Below, piece after piece: positions 8,681 to 17,615 of a DNA stretch of 64,000 nucleotides. Position 1 is the first letter of the stretch, and every line of letters starts with the position of its first letter. The DNA comes from a virus: the IMG/VR virus record IMGVR_UViG_3300027904_000001. The stretch is one strand, 5' to 3'. The translations under genes and the position numbers were made by a program. The notes beneath the pieces were generated by a model, which searched no databases, was not told the origin of the DNA, and was given only the letters and a program-made list of their open reading frames with translations.

Positions 8681-8708
8681 AGAGCCTTTATTGGCTCTCT
8701 TTTTTTTA
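8681..8708. terminator. Bidirectional rho-independent terminator
   Basis: agagcctttattggctct, flanked by an A-run and a T-run. Confidence 0.55.
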
Positions 8709-8731
8709 GCAGATAATATATTATTATTTGA

Positions 8732-8923
8732 TTAATCCAGATACTCTCCAGCAAATATCATTCTAACGATTTCTGATTCGATTTCATCACTAATTCGATC
8801 ATATGCTATTTTAAGCATATAATCAGCTGTTGAATTGCTTTTTAATTCATTACGTTTATCATGGAGAGCATTAGATGCCTCTCTCAAGATATCAATTTGT
8901 TTGATTTGTTTTAAATTATTCAT
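8732..8923 (-). CDS. Hypothetical protein
   Basis: Small ORF. Confidence 0.35.
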   Translation of the reverse strand: MNNLKQIKQIDILREASNALHDKRNELKSNSTADYMLKIAYDRISDEIESEIVRMIFAGEYLD

Positions 8924-8942
8924 TTCACTTCCCCATCTTCTT

Positions 8943-9167
8943 TTATTTTTTTACTTTCTGGGATGCACCGCATACAATACATTCCCAAACTCTATATTCC
9001 ATAGTGTTTTCAATATTAGCGTGATTAAAATTTTTTTTGCATTTTTTACAGTAGAACGGTCTAGCTGTCCACAGCCCTCTACTATGAGCATTGGCTTCCC
9101 GATTATATTCCCTTGTTTCCATTTCAAACTTCCTCCTTATAAATTTTTTTATTATCTTCCCCACCAA
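8943..9167 (-). CDS. Small zinc-ribbon protein (paralog of 1148..1372)
   Basis: FYCKKCKK...EYRVWECIVCG. Confidence 0.45.
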   Translation of the reverse strand: MVGKIIKKFIRRKFEMETREYNREANAHSRGLWTARPFYCKKCKKNFNHANIENTMEYRVWECIVCGASQKVKK

Positions 9168-10012
9168 TTAATTGAGAAGTTTTCTTTTTGTACTTTTTCT
9201 TTCATTGCTGCCCATTCTTCTTCAGTTGTTTCTGGAGCATAACTTTGGGCATATGCAATTTGTTCTCCGACTTTGGCGATTTTTTCTTCAGTTTCTTTTA
9301 TGTCTTGCTTCCATTTTCCGATTTTATCGGAAGTAGGGCGTTTTTCAATCCATGTTTTTAATCTTTCTATTTGCCTTTCGTATTCTAGGATATTGCTATC
9401 CAGGTATAACAGCCTTTTGGCGATAGCCCGTGTAACAACATCCGGTTTCATCCACCGACACGGAATCAAATCGACGAAGGTGCCGTTTTGTAGTTCCAAC
9501 GCACCTACGTCCCCACTATCTTTGTGGGTTACATAGATGCGGCCGATTGTTCTTGCCCATGGTTGGCGGCCTTGAAAATTCTCTAACCATGTTACAACAT
9601 TAGCAATGTCAGCCTTAATCTGAGTTAGGTCGATATCTTCTCGTTGGCCTACTGAAGCGGTTAAAAAATCTCGCTGTCCAATACGGATCCACTCGGGTAC
9701 GTCTTCGTCTCCTTCTTCATCAAAGGTTTCAAAGAAATTATCGTATCTTTTACGGAATTCTCTATTTATTTCCTCTTGGAAATTACTTAAAGAGATTTCA
9801 TTATGATGTTCGCCGGCATAACAAAATCTAATGTTATATCTCCGGCCAGTATAACCCTCTTGGATTGCATCGTAAAATGCTATTCTTTCCTCGATTACTT
9901 TTATGATTAAATCTAAATTATTAAACATTTTTATGCCTCCTGCGATATTATAATGCTTAATACAATTAGTACATCGACAGATAGTGTCACGAACATTTGT
10001 CATACTAACCAT
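9152..10012 (-). CDS. Hypothetical protein (286 aa)
   Basis: Long ORF; no motif recognised with confidence. Confidence 0.5.
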   Translation of the reverse strand: MVSMTNVRDTICRCTNCIKHYNIAGGIKMFNNLDLIIKVIEERIAFYDAIQEGYTGRRYNIRFCYAGEHHNEISLSNFQEEINREFRKRYDNFFETFDEEGDEDVPEWIRIGQRDFLTASVGQREDIDLTQIKADIANVVTWLENFQGRQPWARTIGRIYVTHKDSGDVGALELQNGTFVDLIPCRWMKPDVVTRAIAKRLLYLDSNILEYERQIERLKTWIEKRPTSDKIGKWKQDIKETEEKIAKVGEQIAYAQSYAPETTEEEWAAMKEKVQKENFSINWWGR

Positions 10013-10205
10013 ATCAATTGTATCCTTTTGCCCTTACGTAACGGGATACCAAAACGTCACGCCCTGTAAGTTTATACTCTATTCACATCTATTAGGCATT
10101 AGAGTTATTGATCATAATCTATGGGGAACTAGATTATGCGTTACAGGTATATGAATTCATCGTGAATTATTATTCATAAACCACTTGCCCACAACTAATT
10201 ATGTG

Positions 10206-10496
10206 TTAAAACAATACCCTCAAATTTCTTGGTGACCTATAGCAGTCTGGCGCATCGCCAAAAATAAGGGTATAACGTTCAACAACTATTATGTCACCGT
10301 TGTCAAACTCTGCAAAAAACACTGTATTGTCAGGCATAGTATCATTATTGTCTAAAAATCGAGCATCATTAGAGTGCTTATCTGCTAATTCTTCTGCTAC
10401 TTTGATTGCTAGAGAAGATTTTTCATAAAATCCCTCAATGGCATCTCGACCATCAATAAATGTTGTTAATAAAAATACGTTCATGTTATCCTCCAT
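10206..10496 (-). CDS. Hypothetical protein
   Basis: ORF with RBS. Confidence 0.4.
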   Translation of the reverse strand: MEDNMNVFLLTTFIDGRDAIEGFYEKSSLAIKVAEELADKHSNDARFLDNNDTMPDNTVFFAEFDNGDIIVVERYTLIFGDAPDCYRSPRNLRVLF

Positions 10497-10535
10497 TATA
10501 TAATTGCCGATAGCCGATCGGCGGCGGGTAATATT

Positions 10536-10949
10536 CTACCACTCTATTAATTGATCTTTAAATTCTTCTACCCATGTTCCAGCAAAATACTGGCTTAGGC
10601 AATCATATTCTATGCGTTCCCATTCTCCGTCATTATGCTTATCGAAATAAGCTTGAAGGATATCAGTTACGTCTACAAATTCTACTTTGCTAAAATCGAA
10701 AATTCCATTTATTTCTTCTTCAGATAGCATCCAGTTATCGTCTGAAGAAATTATGTCTTCATAAATTTCGCGCAAGGCTGCATATCTATGGCAACCTGTT
10801 ACTAAGTTATCGTCTGTTACTAATATTGGCATTCCATTCCAGCCGTTGTTTAGAAGACTTTCTTTTATTTCACTGAGGTAATCTTGATCTACCTCGTGAA
10901 TAGGTGTGTAATATATTGATGAATTAAAACTTTCTGTGTAATATTTCAT
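10536..10949 (-). CDS. ParB-like nuclease (ParB N-terminal domain) protein
   Basis: GWNGMPILVTDDNLVTGCHRYAA matches the ParBc DG[HC]HR motif. Confidence 0.5.
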   Translation of the reverse strand: MKYYTESFNSSIYYTPIHEVDQDYLSEIKESLLNNGWNGMPILVTDDNLVTGCHRYAALREIYEDIISSDDNWMLSEEEINGIFDFSKVEFVDVTDILQAYFDKHNDGEWERIEYDCLSQYFAGTWVEEFKDQLIEW

Positions 10950-11200
10950 CTCTTATTCCTCCGTTTAGTTTATGTGTTAATAACAGTATATACCTTATTC
11001 CGTATACTGTCAAGTGTTTTTTTGAAATTTTTTAATTTTTTTTTGAGATTTAAAAAACGCTTTAAAATCGATTTTAAGGTACTTATTTTATTAGGCAATG
11101 TTTTATACCAGAATGTTTTTTATGTTTAATCTCGGGGCGATTTAGGACATTGTAGGGGCATATAAAATAAACTGTTGATTTGTTAAAAGATACAAAAAAA

Positions 11201-11231
11201 AGACCGTCATCCCTTAAACGGTCTTTTTTTG
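11201..11231. terminator. Bidirectional rho-independent terminator
   Basis: aaaaaaaa agaccgt catcccttaa acggtct ttttttt. Confidence 0.55.
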
Positions 11232-11315
11232 AGAGGTTGGTTTGCTTTTTGAATATAGGTAATTACTAAAGATAATACAGCAAAATATTGTTGCTGTCAA
11301 ATAATTTATTAGATT

Positions 11316-11933
11316 TTAATTTTGCCATCTATCCAAGCCGCGTTTTTCTTTTTTGATTTCAAAATAATTAGTTTCTTTTTTAACCGCGGTTACATCTTTA
11401 CCCAAATCGAAATCCGGATTCTGTATTGCCCAAATCAGCCAGCGGGGGACATTCTTGATGTCACTGACTTGTTTCTGTAATTGTGGCATGATATTTTTTA
11501 ATCTTTCTATGCTAAAATCACGTGTATTAGCAATGTTTCTTAACTGTATCTCCGTCAACGGTTCCAACGGCACAATACAATCCATTATGATAGCCTCAAT
11601 TTCTTGCAACAAAGAAGAAGAGACAACAACGGACGAAGAAAAATCTGTAAAAGAATTTAAAGAATCTGAAGTATTGTAGTTAGTTGTTGTTTTATTTATA
11701 TTTGTTTTTGTTTGTTGGGCATCTAAATTGATGTGACTGGACACATCTAAATTAATGTTTCTGGTCACATCATTTTTGATGCGAGAATGTACGTTCGTCA
11801 CATCGAAACTGATTTCTCCAGTTTTGTATTTTAACCATTCCATATAATTTTGATTAATACTTAATATTTTACCTTTATTATTAGTATGCTCTTCAATCAC
11901 AATAACAATATTATGATCTATAAGTTTTTTCAA
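11316..11933 (-). CDS. Replication-initiator-like protein with internal iterons and conserved C-terminal tail KKEKRGLDRWQN
   Basis: C-terminus VPRWLIWAIQNPDFDL...KKEKRGLDRWQN is shared with 31668..32501 and 54947..55807. Direct repeats lie inside the gene at about 11718..11805. Confidence 0.5.
   Translation of the reverse strand: MKKLIDHNIVIVIEEHTNNKGKILSINQNYMEWLKYKTGEISFDVTNVHSRIKNDVTRNINLDVSSHINLDAQQTKTNINKTTTNYNTSDSLNSFTDFSSSVVVSSSLLQEIEAIIMDCIVPLEPLTEIQLRNIANTRDFSIERLKNIMPQLQKQVSDIKNVPRWLIWAIQNPDFDLGKDVTAVKKETNYFEIKKEKRGLDRWQN
11718..11805. repeat. Iteron-like direct repeats (CATCTAAATTRATGT and GTCACATC-type) inside gene 11316..11933
   Basis: gcatctaaattgatgtgactggacacatctaaattaatgtttctggtcacatca...cgtcacatcg. 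Confidence 0.4.
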
Positions 11934-12112
11934 AGAACGTTGTACTTGTTGATACGTTGAACATCCTATAAAATTGTCAATAAATGATATACTTAATTGA
12001 TCCTCCAGTCTGGAAAATCCAAATGTATATCTTACAATACAGTCAAATATTGCACGTTCCGTGGCATTCGCTTAACTACCTTTTGGGAAAATATAAAAGG
12101 GAGGAATGATTT

Positions 12113-12322
12113 ATAGATTTAACATTTGGTGAGCAATTAAAAGTGCACCTAAATAGAAAAAATATAACGATTAGTGAATTGTCAAAAATAACAGGCACAT
12201 CAAGGCAGAATCTGACAAATAAATTTACTCGAAATGATTTTCGAGAAAATGAAATGCTAAAGATTGCTAAGGCCGTTAATTTAAAATTGACAATATCACT
12301 GGATAATAAAAGCGATGGTTAA
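12113..12322 (+). CDS. XRE-family HTH regulator; no canonical start codon (ATA after GGGAGG RBS) or a pseudogene
   Basis: Frame FIDLTFGEQLKVHLNRKNITISELSKITGTSRQNLTNKF is a typical XRE N-terminus. The upstream in-frame stop is at 12107. The only ATG (12106) is out of frame. Confidence 0.4.
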   Translation: MDLTFGEQLKVHLNRKNITISELSKITGTSRQNLTNKFTRNDFRENEMLKIAKAVNLKLTISLDNKSDG

Positions 12323-12338
12323 ATAATCATCGCCTTTT
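12312..12338 (+). terminator. Rho-independent terminator
   Basis: gcgatggttaaataatcatcgc followed by cttttt. Confidence 0.45.
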
Positions 12339-12348
12339 TAAAATATTT

Positions 12349-12900
12349 TTATTTTATTTTAATTCTGATATCATAGTGATTAAATTCACTATCTATCGTA
12401 TTTAATAATAGACTAAAGATTTCATAAATTGCATTTGCAACATCTTCTTCCGCAATTCTATAATACTCTTCAACCATAAGCTCTTCTCTCATAGATTCCA
12501 TTATAGATATATATAGTTCGCTAGATTCGTATAATGATATTTCCGCATCATTTATTACAAACCAGCCTTTATCCGGCGTAAAAACTTCTATATCTGTAAT
12601 TTCAACTGAGTTAATTTCAGGCTTGTTTATTTGAATCACTATTATTTTCTTTGTGTCGTCAACCACAATGTCATTTTCCACAATTGTTGATAAATCTGTA
12701 GAATACTTTCCTACTCCGTAAAAATTCATTTTTTGTATCCGTCTAAAGAATTTATCATTTAGGCTATCAATGATACCACCTTCCTTAGTATTTTCAGTTC
12801 TAAATATATCAAACGGTTTTGCACCGTCATTAAACTCGGTTTCCTGTTTCAATATAATTTCCGTTACTATTAAATCTTTCTTTTGCTTAATCTCTGTCAC
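12349..12900 (-). CDS. Hypothetical protein; ORF stays open to about 13050 and encodes a signal-peptide-like N-terminus with no canonical start
   Basis: Track ORF starts MTEIKQKKD. The in-frame upstream IYKALFYIFIGAFVALYLFGNLGKSTPKE is signal-anchor-like, preceded by aggag and ATT. Confidence 0.45.
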   Translation of the reverse strand: MTEIKQKKDLIVTEIILKQETEFNDGAKPFDIFRTENTKEGGIIDSLNDKFFRRIQKMNFYGVGKYSTDLSTIVENDIVVDDTKKIIVIQINKPEINSVEITDIEVFTPDKGWFVINDAEISLYESSELYISIMESMREELMVEEYYRIAEEDVANAIYEIFSLLLNTIDSEFNHYDIRIKIK

Positions 12901-13075
12901 TAATATTTCTTTGATATTTATTTTTTCTTTAATCTCCTCAACTATTTCAGGGCTATTTATGATATATTGTTCTTTTGGCGTAGATTTGCCGAGATTGCCA
13001 AATAAATATAATGCAACAAATGCCCCGATAAAAATGTAAAATAATGCTTTATAAATCTATATCATCTCCTCTTTC

Positions 13076-13243
13076 TATAAATTTAACTTTATCTCGGTTA
13101 TCAGCGAATCAATGATTTTCCGATAATCAAGAATTGTGATTCCTAAAAACCTATTGATTAATTCTAAAAATAATATGCCTACGGCTAGTGTTATAATAGC
13201 AAACAATAACCAGCTAAATAATTTACCTATCATTTAATCTCTC
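13076..13243 (-). CDS. Small membrane protein (55 aa)
   Basis: MIGKLFSWLLFAIITLAVGILFLELINRF... Below the ORF-track size cutoff. Confidence 0.3.
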
Positions 13244-13246
13244 CTC

Positions 13247-14374
13247 TTATTTTGTTAAAACTGTATATAATACATCCGCTAGCGGAACCATGGCATTGGT
13301 TGCCTCGCCTATTGAATTCTTGTCAGAGCCAACTTCGACCAATATTGACTTAGCCCGCTGAAACGTAGAATACCTATGCTTATGCAAGTATATAGGCCGC
13401 ATCAAACCTGGATATTTCTCGTTAGCTTCTAAAAATAGTTGCAACGAAAACGCAGTATTTTCAAAAACATAGGGATTGTACAATCCACCTTTTGACAACC
13501 CGTTAAAAAACATAATTCTTGCAGTTGGCCTGTCGTCGAACATTGTCATAAATTTGCTCGGAGTGCCGTCACGGTGCATATCGATCACAATTTCTATGGA
13601 CGGATACATAGCGAGAGCTTCTCTTATTACTTCTTCTGAATATTCATAACTGCTGTAAAACTCGCCTGGCGGCACATATACATTTTCTATATGCAAAACA
13701 GATACTTTATAGTTTGTTTTCAAAATATTTGTAAGCATCTTTCCTACCCCTACGATAGAATCTGCTAATTCACCTGGTCTGCTATTTGAAAATGTTTCAT
13801 GACTGTGAGTATGAATGATCAATATCTTATAATCATCCCCGCTTAAATCTGTTTTGCAGTTATATGATAACATTTTATCTATAGGAAAATCTGATATACT
13901 AACGGAAACTTCTGCATCTACTATATACACATATCTTTTTAGTAAATCTAAGTTGTCTTTTATCCCTAGAATACCTAAGCGTGTAACCCCCTCAGCCGCT
14001 GGAGCTATTGGTATTGATGGCAGATTTTCTTGTTCTGACCTTGTTGTGATTTCGCCCTCTGTCCCATCCCAATTTGTTATCTTTGTAACCGTAACGTTAG
14101 ATGAAATATCCCGAGCTGATGCCAAAATCTCATCATTTATTCCGTACAGTGGATCATCTGAATTAATCGGATTCTTGTCACCTTCATTCTCCTTATATGA
14201 CAATTCGAGATTTATTTTACTTGCATTCCCAACAATAGATAATATCTCATCTGGAATAATTTCTGTAAATTCTTGTTTGATTTGCTCAACAACTGCATCT
14301 TTTTCTGGTGTTGGATTGAAATTTACTATTATATAGATGATGATAATTATAATTGCAACATCACCTATCTTCAT
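13247..14374 (-). CDS. SpoIIP-family protein (stage II sporulation protein P-like cell-wall hydrolase), membrane anchored
   Basis: N-terminal TM segment. KILIIHTHSHETFSNSRPGE resembles the SpoIIP (I/L)YHTHS.E(S/A)(Y/F) signature. Confidence 0.6.
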   Translation of the reverse strand: MKIGDVAIIIIIIYIIVNFNPTPEKDAVVEQIKQEFTEIIPDEILSIVGNASKINLELSYKENEGDKNPINSDDPLYGINDEILASARDISSNVTVTKITNWDGTEGEITTRSEQENLPSIPIAPAAEGVTRLGILGIKDNLDLLKRYVYIVDAEVSVSISDFPIDKMLSYNCKTDLSGDDYKILIIHTHSHETFSNSRPGELADSIVGVGKMLTNILKTNYKVSVLHIENVYVPPGEFYSSYEYSEEVIREALAMYPSIEIVIDMHRDGTPSKFMTMFDDRPTARIMFFNGLSKGGLYNPYVFENTAFSLQLFLEANEKYPGLMRPIYLHKHRYSTFQRAKSILVEVGSDKNSIGEATNAMVPLADVLYTVLTK

Positions 14375-14610
14375 TCAGTTAACTCAACCCCCTTCATAAT
14401 ATTAATTATTATCACATACACAAAAATCCCTATAAAAATCATCATCCTTCCTTTCATACATCTTTCTTCATTGATTAAATAATGGTTACTTTTATAGTTT
14501 ATCCACGGAAGTGCTTTTATATACCAATATTTTTTCGCTATGGTAAAAATTATTAATATCCCAATTCTTATGCACCAGAATATTAAATTTTTATCCAAGT
14601 TATACATCAC
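14371..14610 (-). CDS. Membrane protein
   Basis: Two hydrophobic segments. Confidence 0.4.
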   Translation of the reverse strand: MMYNLDKNLIFWCIRIGILIIFTIAKKYWYIKALPWINYKSNHYLINEERCMKGRMMIFIGIFVYVIIINIMKGVELTE

Positions 14611-14855
14611 TCCTTATTTTTTGCTTTATCAATTACATTTTGGATTGATGCCGGCATAGTAAAATTTGCCTGAACCATACCATCATCATTTTTTATAAAA
14701 AATGTTTTATAGCCTATTATTATGGCTATAAGTAATACCGCTGTTTTTAGCACGAAGCTTATATTCCTTGTTATCCTCTGAATAGTATCATCGTTGAAAA
14801 CAAATATTCCGAATAGCAGAAACGCGCCTATAAAATAAATCATGTTTTCTTTCAA
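14607..14855 (-). CDS. Membrane protein
   Basis: Two hydrophobic segments, with RBS ggagg. Confidence 0.4.
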   Translation of the reverse strand: MKENMIYFIGAFLLFGIFVFNDDTIQRITRNISFVLKTAVLLIAIIIGYKTFFIKNDDGMVQANFTMPASIQNVIDKAKNKE

Positions 14856-14860
14856 AAATT

Positions 14861-15055
14861 TTATTCCTCCTTTTTTTTTATAGTTTCAGTAGAATCAATA
14901 TATTTTTCCCATTCCTCAGCTTTTATTAAATATCGTCTTCCAATCTTAAAAGCTGGTACTTTCTCTTGATTTATCAGCCTCCTTATAATTCTTTCGTTTA
15001 TTTCTGGATGCAATGTCGCCAACTGCTTCACAGAATATAAATTCTGGTTTATTAT
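14861..15055 (-). CDS. Excisionase/MerR-like HTH_17 DNA-binding protein; non-canonical ATA start after AAAGGAG (or GTG at 15031)
   Basis: LYSVKQLATLHPEINERIIRRLINQEKVPAFKIGRRYLIKAEEW matches the HTH_17/Xis pattern. There is no ATG in frame after the TGA at 15059..15061. Confidence 0.4.
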   Translation of the reverse strand: MINQNLYSVKQLATLHPEINERIIRRLINQEKVPAFKIGRRYLIKAEEWEKYIDSTETIKKKEE

Positions 15056-15462
15056 ATATCACTCCTTTATTTGCGATTACATATCATAGCGTATCATAGT
15101 GTATTGTAATTGTCAATAATGATTTGTTGCAAATAATAACATTAAAAATACTATATTGTTCATTAAAGCAAATATAAAACATATCCTTTATATATTATTT
15201 TGCTGGGAAAACTTATATTTTTAGATATATTTCTATTCCCAGCGAACCTATCAGCGAACAATTCGGCAAGTTATTCAAAATAAACATAATAAATTGCATA
15301 CTATTACAAATATTATATTTTCATCTATTTATTTTATTTGTCATATTATAATATATAATATTATATGAAACTATATAAAAATATATTGACATTTATAAAA
15401 TTCTGAGATACCATGGAATAAATTATAAAAATAAATATAAAATATTAAAAACGGAGGTAAAA

Positions 15463-16512
15463 ATGCCAGAAAATAGTAATAGTATCAATTTTTATGCAGG
15501 AATCGATTTGGGAGCTGGTCAACTAAATAGCGTGACGATTCCCGATGCAGATATTAAAAATGTAAAACAATTTAAACCGGGGGCAATCGTAACATTTCCG
15601 TCATTGATTCAAGACGGATGTGATAAGTTTGATCAAAGACAAAAAATCAAAGTAGAGTATGATGGCGGGATTTATAGTATAGGAATTGGTAATGATATTA
15701 TACATGAAGCTAAGTATATTACTAAGCAATATGAGACAATATTGTTAACATCTATAGCAATGTCAGCTATTCCGTCCAATGTTATTGCAAGTATAGCAAT
15801 CGGAATGCCTATTTCGCATTTCAGGAATGAAAAGCTAGTAGGTGGCGTTATTCAGCATTTACAAAGTTTAAGAAATAAAAAAATAGCTATTACCCCAAAT
15901 GGTAACAGTGAAATTGCGAAAACAATAACTATACAAAAGGCAAATGTATTGCCTGAAAATTCAGTTATTGTAATCAATCCAAACGCATATCAGGTAGGGA
16001 AATATTTGTTCATTGACATTGGAAATCGCACTATAGATTTCACTTTGTATAAAATAACAGAAAAGACAATCAACAAAGAAAATCGGAAAGTGGCAGAAAG
16101 AAGAGGGGCATATACATTAAATAAGGGTATTTTGACACTTAAGAAAAAAATAGTTGAAGAACTTGAAGGTGATTATAACGTAAAATTAAGTTTTGACGAT
16201 TATGACGATCTATTTACAGCCGCCATGGAAGGCTCAGAATTCTACTTAAATTTAATTGGCAATGTTCCTACGACAAAATACAAAAAAACTATAGACAATT
16301 ATGTAAGTAATAACATTTTTAGTGAACTAACCCGACTTTACAGCGATGAAATTGCTGGATCAAGATTAGTATTCCATGGATATGGTTCTGTATTGTTAGA
16401 ATCAATCCTAAAAAGCGATATATATAGAAGTGTATATATGTTGGGATTGCATCCTGATAAGCAATTTGCAAACGCAAAGGCGAATTTTATAGTAGCAACG
16501 CAATGCAAATAA
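15463..16512 (+). CDS. ParM/StbA-family actin-like ATPase (plasmid segregation)
   Basis: GIDLGAG ... IDIGNRTIDF are actin-fold phosphate motifs. RBS ggaggt. Confidence 0.6.
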   Translation: MPENSNSINFYAGIDLGAGQLNSVTIPDADIKNVKQFKPGAIVTFPSLIQDGCDKFDQRQKIKVEYDGGIYSIGIGNDIIHEAKYITKQYETILLTSIAMSAIPSNVIASIAIGMPISHFRNEKLVGGVIQHLQSLRNKKIAITPNGNSEIAKTITIQKANVLPENSVIVINPNAYQVGKYLFIDIGNRTIDFTLYKITEKTINKENRKVAERRGAYTLNKGILTLKKKIVEELEGDYNVKLSFDDYDDLFTAAMEGSEFYLNLIGNVPTTKYKKTIDNYVSNNIFSELTRLYSDEIAGSRLVFHGYGSVLLESILKSDIYRSVYMLGLHPDKQFANAKANFIVATQCK

Positions 16513-16524
16513 AAGGGGGATAAC

Positions 16525-16899
16525 TTGTCAATGTCTGATAAGGAAAAAGATAATCTAATTAATGAACAGAAAAAAAAAGCACGATTGAATTTGCAAGAAG
16601 ATGATCCCAGGCCTATCACATTAACATTTGATAGGCTAAAAGGGAATGACATGTTAATCTGGCGATGGCTTATAAATGAAGTGAAGAAAAAAGGTCGACA
16701 ACAAGCAATAAAAGATGTTCTATTGCCATATGCTATAGAATATAAAAAAATGTTAGAAATAAAAGAAAATGAATATCCGTTTGATTCAGTACTTATTCAA
16801 CAAGAAATCCATAAAAAGCCGAATCAAGATAAAGCCGAAGACAATCTCAGGCAAGAAGTAATTGATGAAATATTAATGAATGATATTTTCGAGAAATAA
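16525..16899 (+). CDS. Putative partition adaptor (ParR-like) downstream of the ParM-like gene
   Basis: Position and size only. Confidence 0.3.
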   Translation: MSMSDKEKDNLINEQKKKARLNLQEDDPRPITLTFDRLKGNDMLIWRWLINEVKKKGRQQAIKDVLLPYAIEYKKMLEIKENEYPFDSVLIQQEIHKKPNQDKAEDNLRQEVIDEILMNDIFEK

Positions 16900-16921
16900 A
16901 AAATAAAAGGAGAATGAAATA

Positions 16922-17431
16922 ATGATCAATATAACAGAAATGAGAAAAGAAAGAAGAACCATAACATCAATTATGCAAAATATTGAAAGGAAAGAAAAAA
17001 TATTACAGACAATAAAAATAATCACAGCTTCTATAACGGCATTCATCCTATTAGCTTGCTGCTTTCCTCATGATGTAGGAATTTTAGGATTAATGACAGC
17101 TAATATATTTACATCACTATTTGGCAATAGCATGAGATGGATGTATATAGCAGGGCTTGTTTTGATTGAAGCATTATATGTTTTACATGATGCTCAGATC
17201 AAAAAATTACAAAACAAAATAATTAGTTTGTTTGCGTGGCTTATATCTTTATCCATAACATTTAGTGGAATATTCGATACCGGTTTGGTTGGAAGCTTGA
17301 TTAACCATTTTATAGTGACAGTTATTGGTATAATCCCGCTAATTGTTGTAAGTATTATAACAACAATGTATTTTTCTATAGAATGGTTTGGCATAAAGCT
17401 GGAAAATATACAGAAAGTTTTGTTAAGTTAA
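16922..17431 (+). CDS. Membrane protein, paralog of the N-terminal membrane domain of the FtsK-like gene
   Basis: MRWMYIAGLVLIEALYVL...ISLFAWLISLSITFSGIFDTGLVGSLINHFIV resembles MKWIYLAGAGVLELNFLL...INSVAWLTSISTTLGGHYDMGVFGAVLNYV in the FtsK-like gene. Confidence 0.5.
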   Translation: MINITEMRKERRTITSIMQNIERKEKILQTIKIITASITAFILLACCFPHDVGILGLMTANIFTSLFGNSMRWMYIAGLVLIEALYVLHDAQIKKLQNKIISLFAWLISLSITFSGIFDTGLVGSLINHFIVTVIGIIPLIVVSIITTMYFSIEWFGIKLENIQKVLLS

Positions 17432-17615
17432 AAATAATAAATAAAAAGAGAGGAGCATTATTATTTTAGCAAAATCAAAAAGGAGGACACAGAGTAAAGC
17501 AATAATATGTATAACAACGACAGCATTTGTTGGATGGTCATGTCTTGCACCCGACTATGCCGGGGCGTGGGGCAGAGTAGTAGAAACATCCATAACTGAT
17601 TTTTTTGGCTATCAT

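Noticed and set aside
13854-14336. Plus-strand 160-aa ORF
   Set aside because: Entirely antisense within the SpoIIP-like gene. It is Ser/Ile-rich and has no RBS.
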